A DNA stretch of 64,000 bases. Source: the human T2T-CHM13v2.0 reference genome, Homo sapiens. The stretch is from the NCBI RefSeq assembly GCF_009914755.1, contig NC_060940.1; one strand, 5' to 3'. The position numbers were made by a program, and so were the translations under genes. Positions 1 to 19,183 of the stretch are shown one piece after another. The first letter of the stretch is position 1; every line of letters starts with the position of its first letter. Under the pieces are notes generated by a model, which was not told the origin of the DNA, searched no databases, and saw nothing but the letters and a program-made list of their open reading frames with translations.

Positions 1-74
1 TTGGCCAGGATGGTCTTGATCTCCTGACCTTGTGATCCGCCTGCCTCAGCCTCCCAAAGTGCTGGGATTACAGG
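1..74 (-). mobile_element. Alu fragment (left arm, cut by window edge)
   Basis: Antisense Alu consensus ctcctgaccttgtgatccgcc...cccaaagtgctgggattacagg. Confidence 0.9.
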
Positions 75-80
75 AGCAAA

Positions 81-376
<296 letters not shown>

Positions 377-387
377 TGCAGGAGCAA

Positions 388-545
388 TTTTTAAGTATAC
401 AATATATTATCATTAACCATGTGGTACAATAGGTCTCCAGAATTTATTCATCTAACTGAAACTTTATACCTTCTGGCTAACATCTCCCCATTCCTCCCAC
501 ACCCCAGCCCCTGGCAACCACTATTCTACTCCCTGCTCCTTTATT
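388..545 (-). mobile_element. Old L1 (L1M) 3' fragment
   Basis: ccccagcccctggcaaccactattctactc and caataggtctccagaatttattcatc resemble L1M 3' UTR antisense. Confidence 0.7.
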
Positions 546-552
546 CTTTTTA

Positions 553-692
553 GTTTTTTCTTTGTTTTTTTTTGAGATGGGGGTCTTGCTATATTGCCCA
601 GGGTGGAGTACAGTGGCTATTCACAAGCACAAACATAGTGATCCCCCTGCTTCAGTAGCTGGGACTACAGGTGTGCACCACCACACCTGGCC
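553..692 (-). mobile_element. Degenerate Alu monomer / internally deleted Alu
   Basis: tttgagatggggg...agtagctgggactacaggtgtgcaccaccacacctggcc. Confidence 0.75.
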
Positions 693-739
693 ATCCTTTT
701 AAAATATGGAATTTCGATTGTTGTTTAAAGGGCACAATT

Positions 740-1036
740 GTATTTTATTTTATTTTTGAGAGGGAGTCTCACTCTGCACCTAGGCTGGAATGCAGGGCGT
801 GATCTCAGCTCACCGCAATCTCTGCCTACTGGGTTCAAGCGATTCTCCTGCCTCAGCCTCCCGAGTAGCTGGGATTACAGGCATGTACCACCATGCCCTG
901 CTAATTTTTGTATATTTAGTAGAGACGGGATTTTGCCACGTTGGCCAGGCTGGTCTTGAACTCCTGACCTCAGGTGATCCGCCCGCCTTGGCCTCCCAAA
1001 GTGTTGGGATTACAGGTGTGAGCCACTGCATGCCCC
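740..1036 (-). mobile_element. AluS
   Basis: Full antisense Alu dimer. Confidence 0.93.
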
Positions 1037-1571
1037 CACAATTTTCTTTTATTATAGGAAGTTTAAAGCCAGTGATTCCTCTCCTTTCTTTCTGTGTCAG
1101 GCGAATAATCAAACCCACAGAGAAGCTCATGGTTTACTCCCAGATCCCAGTTCTAAGTATGCAGCAGAACCGCGCCTAGAGCCAGGTCATCCTGCATTGG
1201 TATACTTACAAGATCATATACATATATTATTACATACATTATTATTTTTTGTGTGGTTAACACTATCCAGGGGAGGAAAATGATATGCAGATCAATATCA
1301 CTTAAAATTCTGCTATATGGAATTCATTACAACAATACAATTTTTTAAATTTAAAAAGTGGTCACAGAATCTAACGTCTTAAGACAACTTAAAGTCAGCA
1401 AAAGCAGATAAATCAAATCGCATATTACTAGCTCGATATTATTTTTAATTGTATTTAATTTTTCAATCAGCTTTCTCAGATTGAAGTAGATCTATATGAA
1501 TTTGGTTTTGATTTTGCAGATGATGATTGTGATAATAAGATAAAATGTCATGGTCCTTATAATTGAATCAT

Positions 1572-1893
<322 letters not shown>

Positions 1894-2078
1894 AACTGAA
1901 TCTTACAGAGAAGTGTATTGTATCAGCCTAGTCATCTGCACTAGAAAACCACTTCTATCATAATTGCTGAATCAATATATTGTCTTAAATCTATTTGTTC
2001 AAAATAAATTTGTCAAAAGTCAAAGTCCCCATTTACAAACTTCACTGACTTACCAAGAATTTATTTTTCTGTCTATCA

Positions 2079-2406
<328 letters not shown>

Positions 2407-3024
2407 TCATAGTTGGATGGTTGTTATTATTATTATTATTATTATTTTATTTTTAAAATATCGTTAATGAGACCTAAGAAGATATAGTTGAACATTTCTC
2501 ATTTTATCTTAAAAGTACCATTAAAGTGATTACTATTTATTGGCTGTCAGGGCAGTTTTGTCTTCTAATAAATGAAATATTTATGTGACAATATATACTT
2601 TTTAATCAGAAACCCAAATGCAATTGCGATGTAAAGTAGCAAATGAGTTAACAATTACAAAAGTAACCCTGCAAACAAAACCAGGATTACAATGGCTTGA
2701 CAGTTAAAAGACTAGGATCAAGAAAATTACTCAGGAAATACCTGGCTGTAACTTCGAGCAAGAAGTTCCCATTTTAGAGAAATTTCTATGAAAAAAAATG
2801 CAGTAGTTAAAGAAATAAAAAACTTATAGTGACCAGAGACCATCACTTTGGAGGTAGAATTCAAAGAATACAAAACCAAGGCAACACAGGATTCCAATAA
2901 ATACAAGATACCATGACAACGTGGAATCTTTGTTCTTAAAGGGCCTCCATGGATATAAGATTTTTAGATGTAGGAAGATATTTTCATTGAGTTCAACTAT
3001 TTACTCATATATATGTTTTACTCT

Positions 3025-3562
3025 TGTAACCAAGTACCCTACTTTCTTAAAAAAATACCTTTACCATTTCTTTTTTTCTTGTGTGTTCACCTCTTACTTA
3101 AGCTCCTTAGGGATGCAATGATAACCTTTACCTTCTCTCCACCAGGCACTTCCTGCATGGCAAGTTTATCTTACTAAATGTTTGCTTAGAAATTCTAATG
3201 ACCAAATGTTGAACCAAATCAGGCACCCTCTGGAACTCCTCCCGACCAGGAGAATGCATAGAGACAATGGTCAGTTTACAACCTAGTTCTGGCCAGATGG
3301 TGCCAGGCAGACCATCCCCTAGCTAAGAATAGAAGCCAGTCACATAGACCCTGCACCTCCTCGTGCCCCTCCCCTGCATGCCATTCATGACATGCCCCCC
3401 TTTAAAGCCCCTGCTTTTTGCCCCAAAAGATGAAGTGGTTTCCTTAAGGGAGGAGCCTGTACTGTTTCCCCTCAGCTAAGCTCTGGAATAGAAGTCACTT
3501 TCTTTTACCACCTCATGCTTGTTATCTAAATTTACAAGAAGCTGAACCTGCATTCAGTTACA
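3025..3562 (+). mobile_element. 5' LTR (tentatively LTR24-like)
   Basis: tgtaaccaagtaccc...cagttaca; homologous to 17328-18214 (e.g. ataacctttaccttctctc, gaccaaatgttgaaccaaa). Family name from memory only. Confidence 0.85.
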
Positions 3563-3566
3563 ATTT

Positions 3567-3584
3567 TGGTGGCCCATACAGGGA
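3567..3584 (+). promoter_or_regulatory. Retroviral primer-binding site complementary to tRNA-Ile
   Basis: TGGTGGCCCATACAGGGA vs tRNA-Ile(AAT) 3' complement TGGTGGCCCGTACGGGGA (two CpG-type mismatches), 4 nt after LTR end. Confidence 0.8.
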
Positions 3585-4787
3585 CTGTTGTGTGTTCCAG
3601 GGGCCTGAGCTTGCTGGTCTGGTTTCTACTGGAGAGGGCATATGGCTGCCTGTGAACACCAGCTGCTTATGGCTAGCTGACCCCATGGCTGGAACATTAG
3701 GAATTTCTCTGAAGCTGCCAAGATGCTTTTGTTTTTGGGAAACTGTCTTTCACTTCCTGGCATGATGCCTGCGGCTTTCAAAGCTTCGTTGGTACAAAGA
3801 AAATGAACTCTGAAGAAGGCAAACTTTGGAACTGGGTGAGCAAGTTGGAGTGTACCTGACCACCCCCTGCCTCTTTTGGAGTGTTGCTGTGGCTCTGTTC
3901 TATTTAGATTTGGCTGCCAGAAACAACATTTGAGCTTTTTCTGCATTTGTGTTTGTATGTGAATCACCCTTGAGGCATGGCTTGGTTTGGACTCGGTCAT
4001 CTGGAAGAGCTATTTGGAACTGAGGCAGGAGATTTAGGACTAAACCCAGCCTCTTAACTGGGGATCTGTTTGGAAGCACTCCATTTGTTCATGCCTTTGT
4101 GTATACTCCATTTGTATGACCTTTGTGTATAGGCCCTAATTGCTTCCTTTCCTTTTCACTTTATCTTCCTGATTATCTCAGAGAGCCACCTACAGCCTTA
4201 ATCTTCTTGGCCAAAGGCACCCTTAGCTCTGTTTACCTTGACCAGTGATTTACGGAGGTGGGAGGGATTCATCCCACACCGTGCAGGTCTAGGATACTGT
4301 GGCTCTTCCTGATGGGAGATAAATGGGAGTGGTGAAGGTACCGCCCACACACCACTTAGTGGCTTTAAGGCTCATAAATCTCCTTTTCTTTCTTTCTCTT
4401 CTTTTCCCTTCCTTTAAAGCCTGGCTCCTTTGCTGAGGCCTGCCAGGAACTTCATACTCTCATCCTCTTTGGGATTCCAGCTAGTTACATATTATGACCC
4501 ATTTTTAATGCATGTTTTAAACGGATGGGCAAATTATAGCAAGAAAAATTCAGAGCTCAAATGGTTAGCCCGTAACTAACTGCAGAGTTAAACAGAGTCT
4601 TCTAAAGCTCTCTATCTTCCTCTCTTTTCTTTACTGTCTGCTTTGAATCTGCTGTTACTGAGTTGCTGGTGCTGAGATAAGACTCATTATTTGTGCTCTA
4701 AATGGAATGTAAACATTGGAAATTTGTTTGAAACGGAAAGAAAAATAAAAGAATAAAAGAGACTTTAAAAAAAACAAACTGCCATAG

Positions 4788-5072
<285 letters not shown>

Positions 5073-5328
5073 TTACCCAAATTTTGGTTCACAGTTTTCT
5101 TTTTTCTTTTTTTTTTTTTTTTAATTATACTTTAAGTTTCAGGGTACATGTGCACAACGTGCAGGTTTGTTACATATATATGCATGTGCCAAGTTGGTGT
5201 GCTGCACCCATTAACTCGTCATTTAACATTAGGTATATCTCCTAATGCTATCCCTCCCCCCTCCCCCTACCCCAAAACAGGTCCCAGTGTGTGATGTTCC
5301 CTTTCCTGTGTCCATGTGTTCTCATTGT

Positions 5329-9149
<3,821 letters not shown>

Positions 9150-9211
9150 TATGATATTAGCTGGTTATTTTGCTCGTTAGTTGATGCAGTTTCTTCCTAG
9201 CCTCGATGGTC

Positions 9212-10228
9212 TTAACAATTGAGCATGTTTTTGCAGTGGCTGGTACCAGTTTTTCCTTTCCATGTTAAGTGCTTCCTTCAGGAGCTCTTTTAGGGCAGGC
9301 CTGGTGGTGACAAAATCTCTCAGCATTTGCTTGTCTGTAGAGGATTTTATTTCTCCTTCACTTATGAAGCTTAGTTTGGCTGGATATGAAATTCTGGTTG
9401 AAAATTCTTTTCTTTAAGAGTATTGAATATTGGCCCCCACTCTCTTCTGGCTTGTAGAGTTTCTGCCGAGAGATCCGCTGTTAGTCTGATGGGCTTCCCT
9501 TTGTGGGTAACCCGACCTTTCTTTCTGGCTGCCCTTCACATTTTTTCCTTCATTTCAACTTTGGTGAATCTGACAATTATGTGTCTTGGAGTAGCTCTTC
9601 TCGAGGAGTATCTTTGTGGTGTTCTCTGTATTTCCTGAATGTGAATGTTGGCCTGCCTTGCTAGATTGGGGAAGTTCTCCTGGATAATATCCTGCAGAGT
9701 GTTTTCCAACTTGGTTCCATTCTCCCTGTGACCTTCAGGTACACCAATCAGACGTAGATTTGGTCTTTTCACATAGTCCCATATTTCTTGGATGCTTTGT
9801 TCATTTCTTTTTATTCTTTTTTCTCTAAACTTCTCTTCTCGCTTTATTTCATTCATTTGATCTTCCATCACTGATGCCCTTTCTTCCAGTTGATTGAATC
9901 GGCTACTGAGGCTTGTGCATTCATCACGTAGTTCTCCTGCCATGGTTTTCAGCTCCATCAGGTCCTTTAAGGACTCCTCTGCATTGGTTATTCTAGTTAG
10001 CCATTCATCTAATCTTTTTTTTCAAGGTTTTTAACTTCTTTGCCATGGGTTCGAACTTCCTCCTTTAGCTTGGAGTAGTTTGATTGTCTGAAGCCTTCTT
10101 CTCTCAACTCGTCAAAGTCATTCTCCATCCAGCTTTGTTCCATTGCTGGTGAGGAGCTGCGTTCCTTTGGAGGAGGAGAGGGGCTCTGATTTTTTGAGTT
10201 TCCGGTTTTTCTGCTGTTTTTTCCCCAT
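9212..10228 (-). pseudogene. L1 ORF1 (RNA-binding chaperone), frameshifted
   Basis: Fragment ...QEIWDYVKRPNLRLIGVPE...IIQENFPNLARQ (9536-9958); ATG at 10226-10228; frame broken. Confidence 0.93.
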
Positions 10229-11229
10229 CTTTGTGGTTTTGTCTACCTTCGTCTTTGATGATGGTGACGTACAGGTGGGGTTTTGGTGTGGATGTCCTTT
10301 CTGTTTCTTAGTTTTCCTTCTACCAGTCAGGACCCTCAGCTACAGGTCTGTTGGAGTTTGCCAGAGGTCCACTGCAGTCCCTGTTTGCCTGGGTATCAGC
10401 AGTGGACGCTGCAGAACAGTGGATATTGGTGAGCAGCAAATGTTGTTGCCTGATCGTTCCTCTGGAAGTTTTGTCTCGGAGGCATACCTGGCCGTGTGAG
10501 GTGTCAGTCTGCCCCTACTGGGGGGTATCTCCCAGTTAGGCTACTCAGGGGTCAGGGACCCACTTGAGGAGGCAATCTGTCCATTCTCAGATCTCCAGCT
10601 GCATGCTGGGAGAACCACTACTATCTTCAAAGCTTTCAGACAGGGACATTTAAGTCTGCAGAGGTTTCTGCTGCCTTTTGTTTGGCTATGCCCTGCCCCC
10701 AGAGGTGGAGTCTACAGAGACAGGCAGGCCTCCTTGAGCTGCAGTGGGCTCCACCTAGTTGGAGCTTCCCAGATGTTTTGTCTACCTACTGAAACCTCAG
10801 CAATGGCATGTGCCCCTCCCCCACCCTTGCTGCCACCTTGCAGTTTGATCTCAGACTGCTGTGCTAGCAATGAGCGAGGCTCCATTGGCCATGCATGGGA
10901 TATAATCTCCTGGCATGCCATTTGCTAAGACCATTGGAAAAGCGCAGTATTAGGGTAGGAGTGACCCGATTTTCCAGGTGCCATCCGTCACCCCTAGGAA
11001 AGAGAATTCCCCGACCCCTTGTGCTTCCTGGGTGAGGCAATGCCTCGCCCTGCTTTGGCTCAGGCTCGGTGCACTGCACTTACTCGCCTGCACCCACTGT
11101 CCAACAATCCCCAGTGAGATGCACCTGGTGCCTCAGTTGGAAATGCAGAAATCATTCATCTTCTGCCTCGCTCATGCTGGGAGCTGTAGACTGGAGCTGA
11201 TCCTATTTGGCCATCTTGGCTCCACCCCC
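10229..11229 (-). promoter_or_regulatory. L1 5' UTR internal promoter (YY1 site at 11209-11218), CpG-decayed
   Basis: CAAGATGGCC YY1 motif on minus strand near the 5' end; 5' UTR homology. Confidence 0.75.
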
Positions 11230-11906
11230 TGGTTCACAGTTTTCATTGGATTATATATTGTGGCAAACAAAGTTCAGCCATTTAAACAAGTTTCAATTTC
11301 ATCAAAGAATAATGTGGATCTAGCTATCTTTTATAAAATGGTGAGTTTGTATTTTTAGCTAGAATTCCAAAGTAAAAGCTATTGGACCTTTGTGTGTGTA
11401 TATATGTGTTTAGATACATTTATGTGTATGTACATATATTGTATTTCGTGTTCAGCATGCTACTAAGTTGGCTTATAAGTAAGTAAGTACTCATAAATTA
11501 AGTCCAAATGCTTTTCAAGTTCATGTGAATTTAGTAATCCTTGATAAATAAAACTTAGTTTTAAGAATATTGGTGAGATAAAAATAGATATGTCTTCATA
11601 ATTGTCAACACATATTTTTGTCTGAGTTTATTGACCAAATTGTTTTGTATTGTCATATATTAAGATGTCAGGGTTTGATATATAAATGTTATAAGACTAT
11701 AAACCCAGCCAAAACCAGAATAATCTTTATGTGATTTTTTTTGATGAATAAGACTAATTTAGTATTATTTGTTCAATGAAAACAGTTAAATCTTCTTAGT
11801 TATTGACAAAATGCCTGGATGTTTAACTTGTTGTCCTTAGATAAACATCTTATGTTCACAGGCTTTAAAAATGGTGAACAGAGGAGCAAATTTAAATAAT
11901 GACTAC

Positions 11907-12328
11907 TGATATAGTTTGGATATGTGTCCCCACCCAAATCTCATGTTGAAATGTAATGCCCAGTATTGGAGGTAGAGCTGGGTAAGAGGTGATTTGATCG
12001 TGGGGGTAGGTTTCTCACAAATGGTTTAGCACCAACTGCTTGGTTCTGTCCTTATGACAGTTAGTTCTCATGAGATCTGGGCATTTAAAAGTGTGTGGCT
12101 TCTCCTCGCTCTCTCTCTTTCCTGTGCTCTGGCCATGTAATGTGCCTGCTCCCCCTTTGCCTTCTGCCATGATTATAAGTTTCCTGAGTCCTCCCTAGAA
12201 GCCAAGCGGATGCCAGCATCATGCTTCCTGTACAGCCTGCAGAACCATGAGCCAATTAAATCTCTTTTCTTTAGAAATCACCCAGTCTCAGGTATTTCTT
12301 TACAACAATAAGAGAACAAATGAATATA
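11907..12328 (+). mobile_element. MaLR LTR (MSTA/MSTB-like)
   Basis: tgatatagtttggatatgtgtccccacccaaatctcatg...; degenerate 5-bp TSD actac/attac. Confidence 0.88.
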
Positions 12329-13647
12329 ATTACCTTTGTGTAACAGTTCAGTTTTCAGAAGTAGTCTAGATACGCTATTAAAAATGGAAGAATTGAGTAC
12401 ATGTAAATTAGATAAATGCTTGTAAATGAACTTTTTATATAGTTTAAAATCTTAAAAGCATTTAGGATGCTTATCGGATATCTGGGTCATTTCCAATTAA
12501 GAAACAGTTATTATATGTGAAATAGTTGTCATTTATAAAATGTTAATATTCATTAGGGAGTTCAGGGTTTCTTGCTTCCCAGATTTATGTAAAATATGTC
12601 AAAGAAGATGTGTTCTTATTGAGAAAAAGAATAATTTTGTCTAATTCAAAACTTATCTAAGAGTTGATTTGAATTATGGATTTGAAAATGTTATTTATGA
12701 AACAAGGTAGATAGTTACCAGTAAGTAGGGGAGAGAGATGTGAAGAAAGATAGGGATATGAAGATGTGTTTTTGGTAAGGAAGATTGTAAAGAAAATGAG
12801 TACTTTTATCTGAGAAACAATCTTGTATGGTAAATTCTTGTCCTAAAGTAAAATGGCTGGTTATTTAAGAAAGAGGTAGCATAGGGCAAGTCAGAAAGTC
12901 CAAGCATGTCACAGATGGTCTTTGTAAGTTGTGATAAAGTTCATGAAGGGGAGTTTAAAAAAGGAATTTTGTATGTGATTAATTTAGCTCTAATTAACAG
13001 GGAATTATTTATAATACCCTTTCTAAAGAACATTCCCCTACGTTAAAGCAACATTTTCTTAAGATATTGATTTGCCCTTTATAAGATTACAAGAAATTTT
13101 GTGTTTCAATTCTACAACCTATTTTTTTTTAAAAAAACTTCTCAGATTAGTATCTTAAAAGTTCACCTGTTGTTTCACTGCTTTCAGCTTTTTTTGCCCC
13201 TTAAAATGGTCTGAGATGATAACTTCCTCCTTCAACTTTTTCATCAGCTCCTGTAAATTTTCTCCTCTGGTTCCAACTGTTGTTGTGGCCTGATGCTGAA
13301 ATATTTTTATCTTAGAGGTCCATAAAATCAATGTTTTCCTCTAGCATAACTTGATTCTATACGCTTGGCTTTTCTTGATGTGTCTCAATTTTCAATATAA
13401 TCAGGAAACTTCTCATGCAATTACTAAGAGTCATGTATTTCCCTGCTATATTCATAAACTTGAACACATTCTTTCTGTGTCCAATTAACTCCAAGTAGTT
13501 TTTAAATCAAGTTTGTCTTCCAGATTATCTAAACTGGCTTCCCATGAGGAGAAGCAGTCACACTGAAGAAGGTTTTTTTCTTTGCCTTTTTGGTAACTGG
13601 GTTAAAGATAAGATTTTACATTTTATCAAGATAGTTCACATGGTGTC

Positions 13648-13947
13648 TTTTTTTTTTTTTTTTTTTTTTTGAGACAGAGTCTCACTCTGTCACCCAGGCT
13701 GGAGTGCAGTGGTGTGATCTCGGCTCACTGCAACCTCCGTCTCCCGAGTTCAAGCGATTCTCCTCAGCCTCCTGAGTAGCTGGGACTACAGGTGTGTGCC
13801 ACCACGCCTGGCTAATTTTTTGTAGTTTTAGTAAAGATGGGGTTTCACCATGTTAGCCAGGATGGTCTTGATCTTCTGATCTCATAATCCACCCACCTTG
13901 GCCTCCCAAAGTGCCGGGATTACAGGCATGAGCCACTACACCTGGCC
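13648..13947 (-). mobile_element. AluS (AluSc-like)
   Basis: Poly-T plus antisense dimer; TSD tcacatggtgtcttt / tcatatgttgtcttt. Confidence 0.93.
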
Positions 13948-15204
13948 TCATATGTTGTCTTTAAGTTTTTAATTGCTTAAAAATCCCCTGAGATTTGAAA
14001 GAATTAGTTTTTATACCCATGTAACCTTCTGTATTGCCTTTAAAGTCTTTTAATTATCACTTTGGATAAATGAATAACTATTGTTTTACAAGAACCTGTG
14101 GTTCTGTTTTGAGCATATGTTTTAATCTTTTTAACGTCTTTGATAGACGTCTTCAAAATTGAATCCTAAATTAAATTACTGACTTATTGCTGGGGTTTAG
14201 CAAAGTTTTACCAATGAATCACTGCAAGGTTATAAAATATTTTTACAGCTTCCAGTCAGGTCATGAACTCCAGTATCACCACCTCCAACCCCTTGAAAAA
14301 GTCCTCATCAAGGTGCTATCAGCTAATCCTTGTGCTGTTAATTTAAAGAGCTTTGACTTCTGGATACACGTATCATTTCTAAAGAAGGCACCAACTCCTG
14401 CCAGTATCTGACACCAAACTCAAGTCAACTGAAGCCTCATCTTTAAACCTGGGCAAAGGTGACAAAGTAAACTGCTTTCATGAGACATAGGGAAGGGTCT
14501 GTATCCAAAAAATTAAGATTTGCTTAATAATTTTGCCTGTATGTGAAATAATATAATTTAAATATTTAGCTACCTGTGGGCTTCCTTTCCTGTCATTCTT
14601 GGAACTAGGCAAGGTTTATGACCTTTTTGTTTAAAATGTTGGTAATTTTTAAAAGGTTTTATCTTACCTCCAAAATGTGAAACTATTCAATCCTTCCAAG
14701 CCCAGGGAGGATTGTGGAAAAGGTGGATGTGTGAGATTTTAAGGGCTGATCTTGAGGGAAAAAATTAATTCAGACCCTCCAAATCAAGAATGGGCACACA
14801 GGTACCTGAATAGCTAAACGAAAATGCTTATGTTTTGTACAGCTACTTGTTACAAGCCAAGATTACAATAGTTCAATGCATAAAATTTATAGATACGCCA
14901 ATTTTATAACCTGGCCTTTTTGCTTTTAGTTTTTGGCTCTTACATTGCATAAAAGGGGTTTTAAGGGTAATGAGTGCCTTCCCACCTCCATTTCCAACTG
15001 GCCTAGAACATTTAATTGGTGATAAGTCTTTTGACTCTTAAGTCTCTTGGCCACAGGGGTCCTGCTGAGGGACATGATATGCTACACAGGGAAGGTAGCA
15101 CACCACTGCAGCATCAATAGAAGACAAAATAAAAGCTTGGCCATTGGTACTGCCTCTGGCATATCTTGACAAAAGAGGGGAATAGAAACTGAAAAAAAAA
15201 TTCA

Positions 15205-15521
15205 GGCTGGGCTGGGTTTGGTGGCTCATGCTTGTAATCACAGCACTTTGGGAGGCTGAGGCAGGAGGATCACTTGAACCAGGAGTTCAAGACCGGCCTG
15301 GGCAACATAGTGAGATTCTGTCTCTGCCCCCCCACCCCCCAAAAAAAAAGAGCTGGCCATAGTGGTATGCACCTGTGGTCCCAGCTACTCAGGAGACCGA
15401 GATGTGAGGATTGCTTGAGCTGAGGAGGTCAAGACTGCAGTGAGCCATGATCATGTCACTACACTCCAGCTTGGATGACAGAGTGGTACCCTCTCTCGAA
15501 ACAAAACAAAACAAAACAAAA
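15205..15521 (+). mobile_element. AluJ
   Basis: Diverged dimer with (CAAAA)n tail. Confidence 0.9.
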
Positions 15522-15555
15522 ATCTGAAACCCCCCTGACTGAATGGGCTTTCCCT

Positions 15556-15986
15556 TGTTAAAAGAAAAACTTCAGGTGATTTAAATTTAATGGAGTTTAA
15601 TTGAGCAATGAATGATTTGTGAATCAGGCAGCCCTACAATTATAGCAAATTCTGAGAGACTCCAGGGATGCCTTATGGTCAGAAGAAATTTACAGACAAA
15701 AAAAGGGAAGTGACACACAGAAATTGGAAGTGAGATACAGAAACAGCTGGATTGGTTACAGGTTGGCATTTGAATTATTTGAACACAGTTTGAACACTCA
15801 GCAGCGTATGAGTGGTTGAAGTATGGCTGCTGGGATTGGCCAAGACTCATCTACTGTTACAGATGCATACTCCTAAGTTAGGTTTTCAATCTTGTCTAAC
15901 TATTAAGTTAGGTTACAGTTCCTTCACAAGGACTCAAATATAGAAGTATGGAGTTCTTCTCAGGCCATTTTTAGTTTGCCTTAACT
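15556..15986 (-). mobile_element. Solo LTR, MER57-like
   Basis: tgttaaaagaaaaacttcag...gagtttaattgagcaatgaatg...tttgccttaac; approximate TSD ccct/cctt. Confidence 0.75.
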
Positions 15987-16667
15987 CCTTCTTGGCCAAA
16001 GGGGAACCTCCCCACCTAAAAAACTTGAAAAACTAGTTCAGGCCATGATGAGAAGTGATGGTGGTGTGGGGGATGGTCAGACACTCCTTGCTAAACCTTC
16101 CCTCACTTTTTTGAATTCAGGCACAGCTGATTAGCATTAATATTGAAATAAAAACTACAAGGCTGCAAAACAGACTCTTTAGAACAATAAAATACCACAT
16201 TATAAACAAGACCTAAGACCATGCTAGGCAAGGGGAAGTCACACACTCCTACCCTTAAAAAAGTAAACTATGTTTACAGTTGCCACAAACTTTCTCTTCT
16301 CTAGCAGTCAAATAAGTACTGGCCTTAAAATAAGATGACTAATTCTCAGCCCCTGTTCCTCCAGCCATAAGTACGGCTTTAGTTAGACAAGGAACTAATG
16401 TCAGTAACTTTCTCCTGATAAAAGACCACTGACCATGGACCAGTTCTGTCTAGTTTACAGAAAAGTCACACCTGCATGCCTTTATGTCCTGAAAAGCCTT
16501 TTTGACATAAAAGGCCTAATAGAAATACGTTTAAATAGTAAGTCTCAATCCCAAAATAAACATGAGTCATATGTTATATTTGTTCAATACACATGTGTCA
16601 GGACCACCTTCATGAATATTTATAACTTCTCCTATAACTTGTTAAATATGTATATTTAATCAACCTG

Positions 16668-16913
16668 TTGTCATATCCCCCCAGGAACTCAGGGTACAAT
16701 TTACAGTTGGGACCGTGCACTATAATTAAGACTAAATGCTGTGTGTACTTCCCAGATGACTCCAGAAACATATCCTCAGTCCTACAAGACATGCACAAGC
16801 AAACTAATGCCATGTCTAATCCCATAATGTTGTTAAGTCATAGGGCTTTAGATAGCCTGACTGCCGCCCAGGGCAGTACTTGTGCATTAATTAAGGCTGA
16901 GTATTATATATAA
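16668..16913 (+). pseudogene. ERV env transmembrane-subunit remnant
   Basis: Translation has CTIIKTKCC (CX6CC) and HRALDSLTAAQGSTCALI (immunosuppressive-domain-like). Confidence 0.8.
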
Positions 16914-17322
16914 TACCATATTATTCTCACATTATAACTCAAGCTATGCATGCAATAGATTTCTATATTTCTGTTACAGATGCCCCCTATCAGGACCCTA
17001 TTATGTAGTCGGCTTCCTAGTGCAAGGAAGACTTATATCTATTATATAATTTATATTCTGCACAGTGACCTGTCCAGCTTCTGTGGCTTTTATTGCTGTT
17101 ATACACTCTGTATGGGGATGCAAGACAAATGTCCACAGAAACCCTTGGGTCCCCTCACCATAATGCTTCAGCAAGATTCTGCTGTAAGCTTGAGAATATT
17201 TCCAACTCCAGGCAAGCAGATTCCATTTCGATGCCCTATAGCTATACCCCCTTTCAGCAGAAAGTAGTCAAAATGAATATGACACCCAAATCCCATAGCA
17301 ATTGAATGGAATTTGACAGTAA

Positions 17323-18214
<892 letters not shown>

Positions 18215-18475
18215 CTCTTACTAGAAATTATAAATATTCCCTTCTCCATTCACAAGAGCTAATTTAGGAGATATTTGTACCATGCCTCTTCCACTGTCAA
18301 TCTTCTTTCTCCCACTACTACTTCTAATTACAAGTGACCAATTTCACCCCTCCTACCAGAATTCCCTGAGAAATTATTATATATCCTTCAAGAATAATGA
18401 AAGATATCATTTAACTGAAGATAAGAAATATGGATCAGAAAAAGTAGAGGACACCCAATCAAGAGACACTACTCT

Positions 18476-19183
18476 TGACACAGCCATTGCAAAATTATAA
18501 CTAAGACAGCAAAAGAGATGTGACCTAACCAACTCCATCTTGCTTGTAACCTCCACGCTGTGCTTGTTCATTCCTGGGCATAGGCCAAACTAACACTGGG
18601 AGAAACTCAGTTTAAAACAAAGAAGATAACAGCTCTTTCTCAAAACAAACCTCTGTCTTGCCTGAGGACTAGATTGCCTTTGTAGGACTAACGAATTAGC
18701 CACAATATTAGAAATTATGGTTTAGGAGTCATGCAGCTGGAGGCTATAAGATTCTGACCCTTCCCAAGTTGCTTTTGGGAATAACATCAGTATTGTACAG
18801 TCAAGAAAAGCGCTTGAGATATTTTGCAGACCCTGTACTTGATGGATCAGGTGGCATCACCCAGATCGATAAACAGGCTCATCTGATTTTGTGGCCACCA
18901 CCCGGGAACTGACTCAGTGTAAGACAGCTTTGACTGCCTATGATTCCATCTCTGACCTGACCAATCAGCACTCCTAGCTCACTGGTGCCCTGCCCCTCTA
19001 CCAAATTATCCTTAAAAATTTTGATCTCCAAAGCTCAGGGAGACAGATTTGAGTAATAATAAAACTATGGTCTCCCACACAGCCGGCTGTGCGTGAATTA
19101 CTCTTTCTCTGTTGCAATTCCCCCATCTTGATAAATTAGCTCTATCTAGGCAGCAGGCAAGGTGAACCCATTGGGCAGTTACA
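18476..19183 (+). mobile_element. Solo LTR, LTR8-like (ERV1)
   Basis: tgacacagccattgcaaaattataactaagacag...aactccatcttgc...ggtgaacccattgggcagttaca; TSD CTCT at 18472-18475 and 19184-19187. Confidence 0.85.

Larger units (their letters stand above)
15183..16670 (+). mobile_element. MER4-type LTR U3 segment inside the provirus, interrupted by AluJ and MER57-like LTR
   Basis: Preceded by purine tract aaaagagggggaa (15170-15182); MER4-like gactgaatgg...cttggccaaaggggaa...gaaaactagttcaggccatgatg...aacagactcttt; ends without R/U5. Confidence 0.7.
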
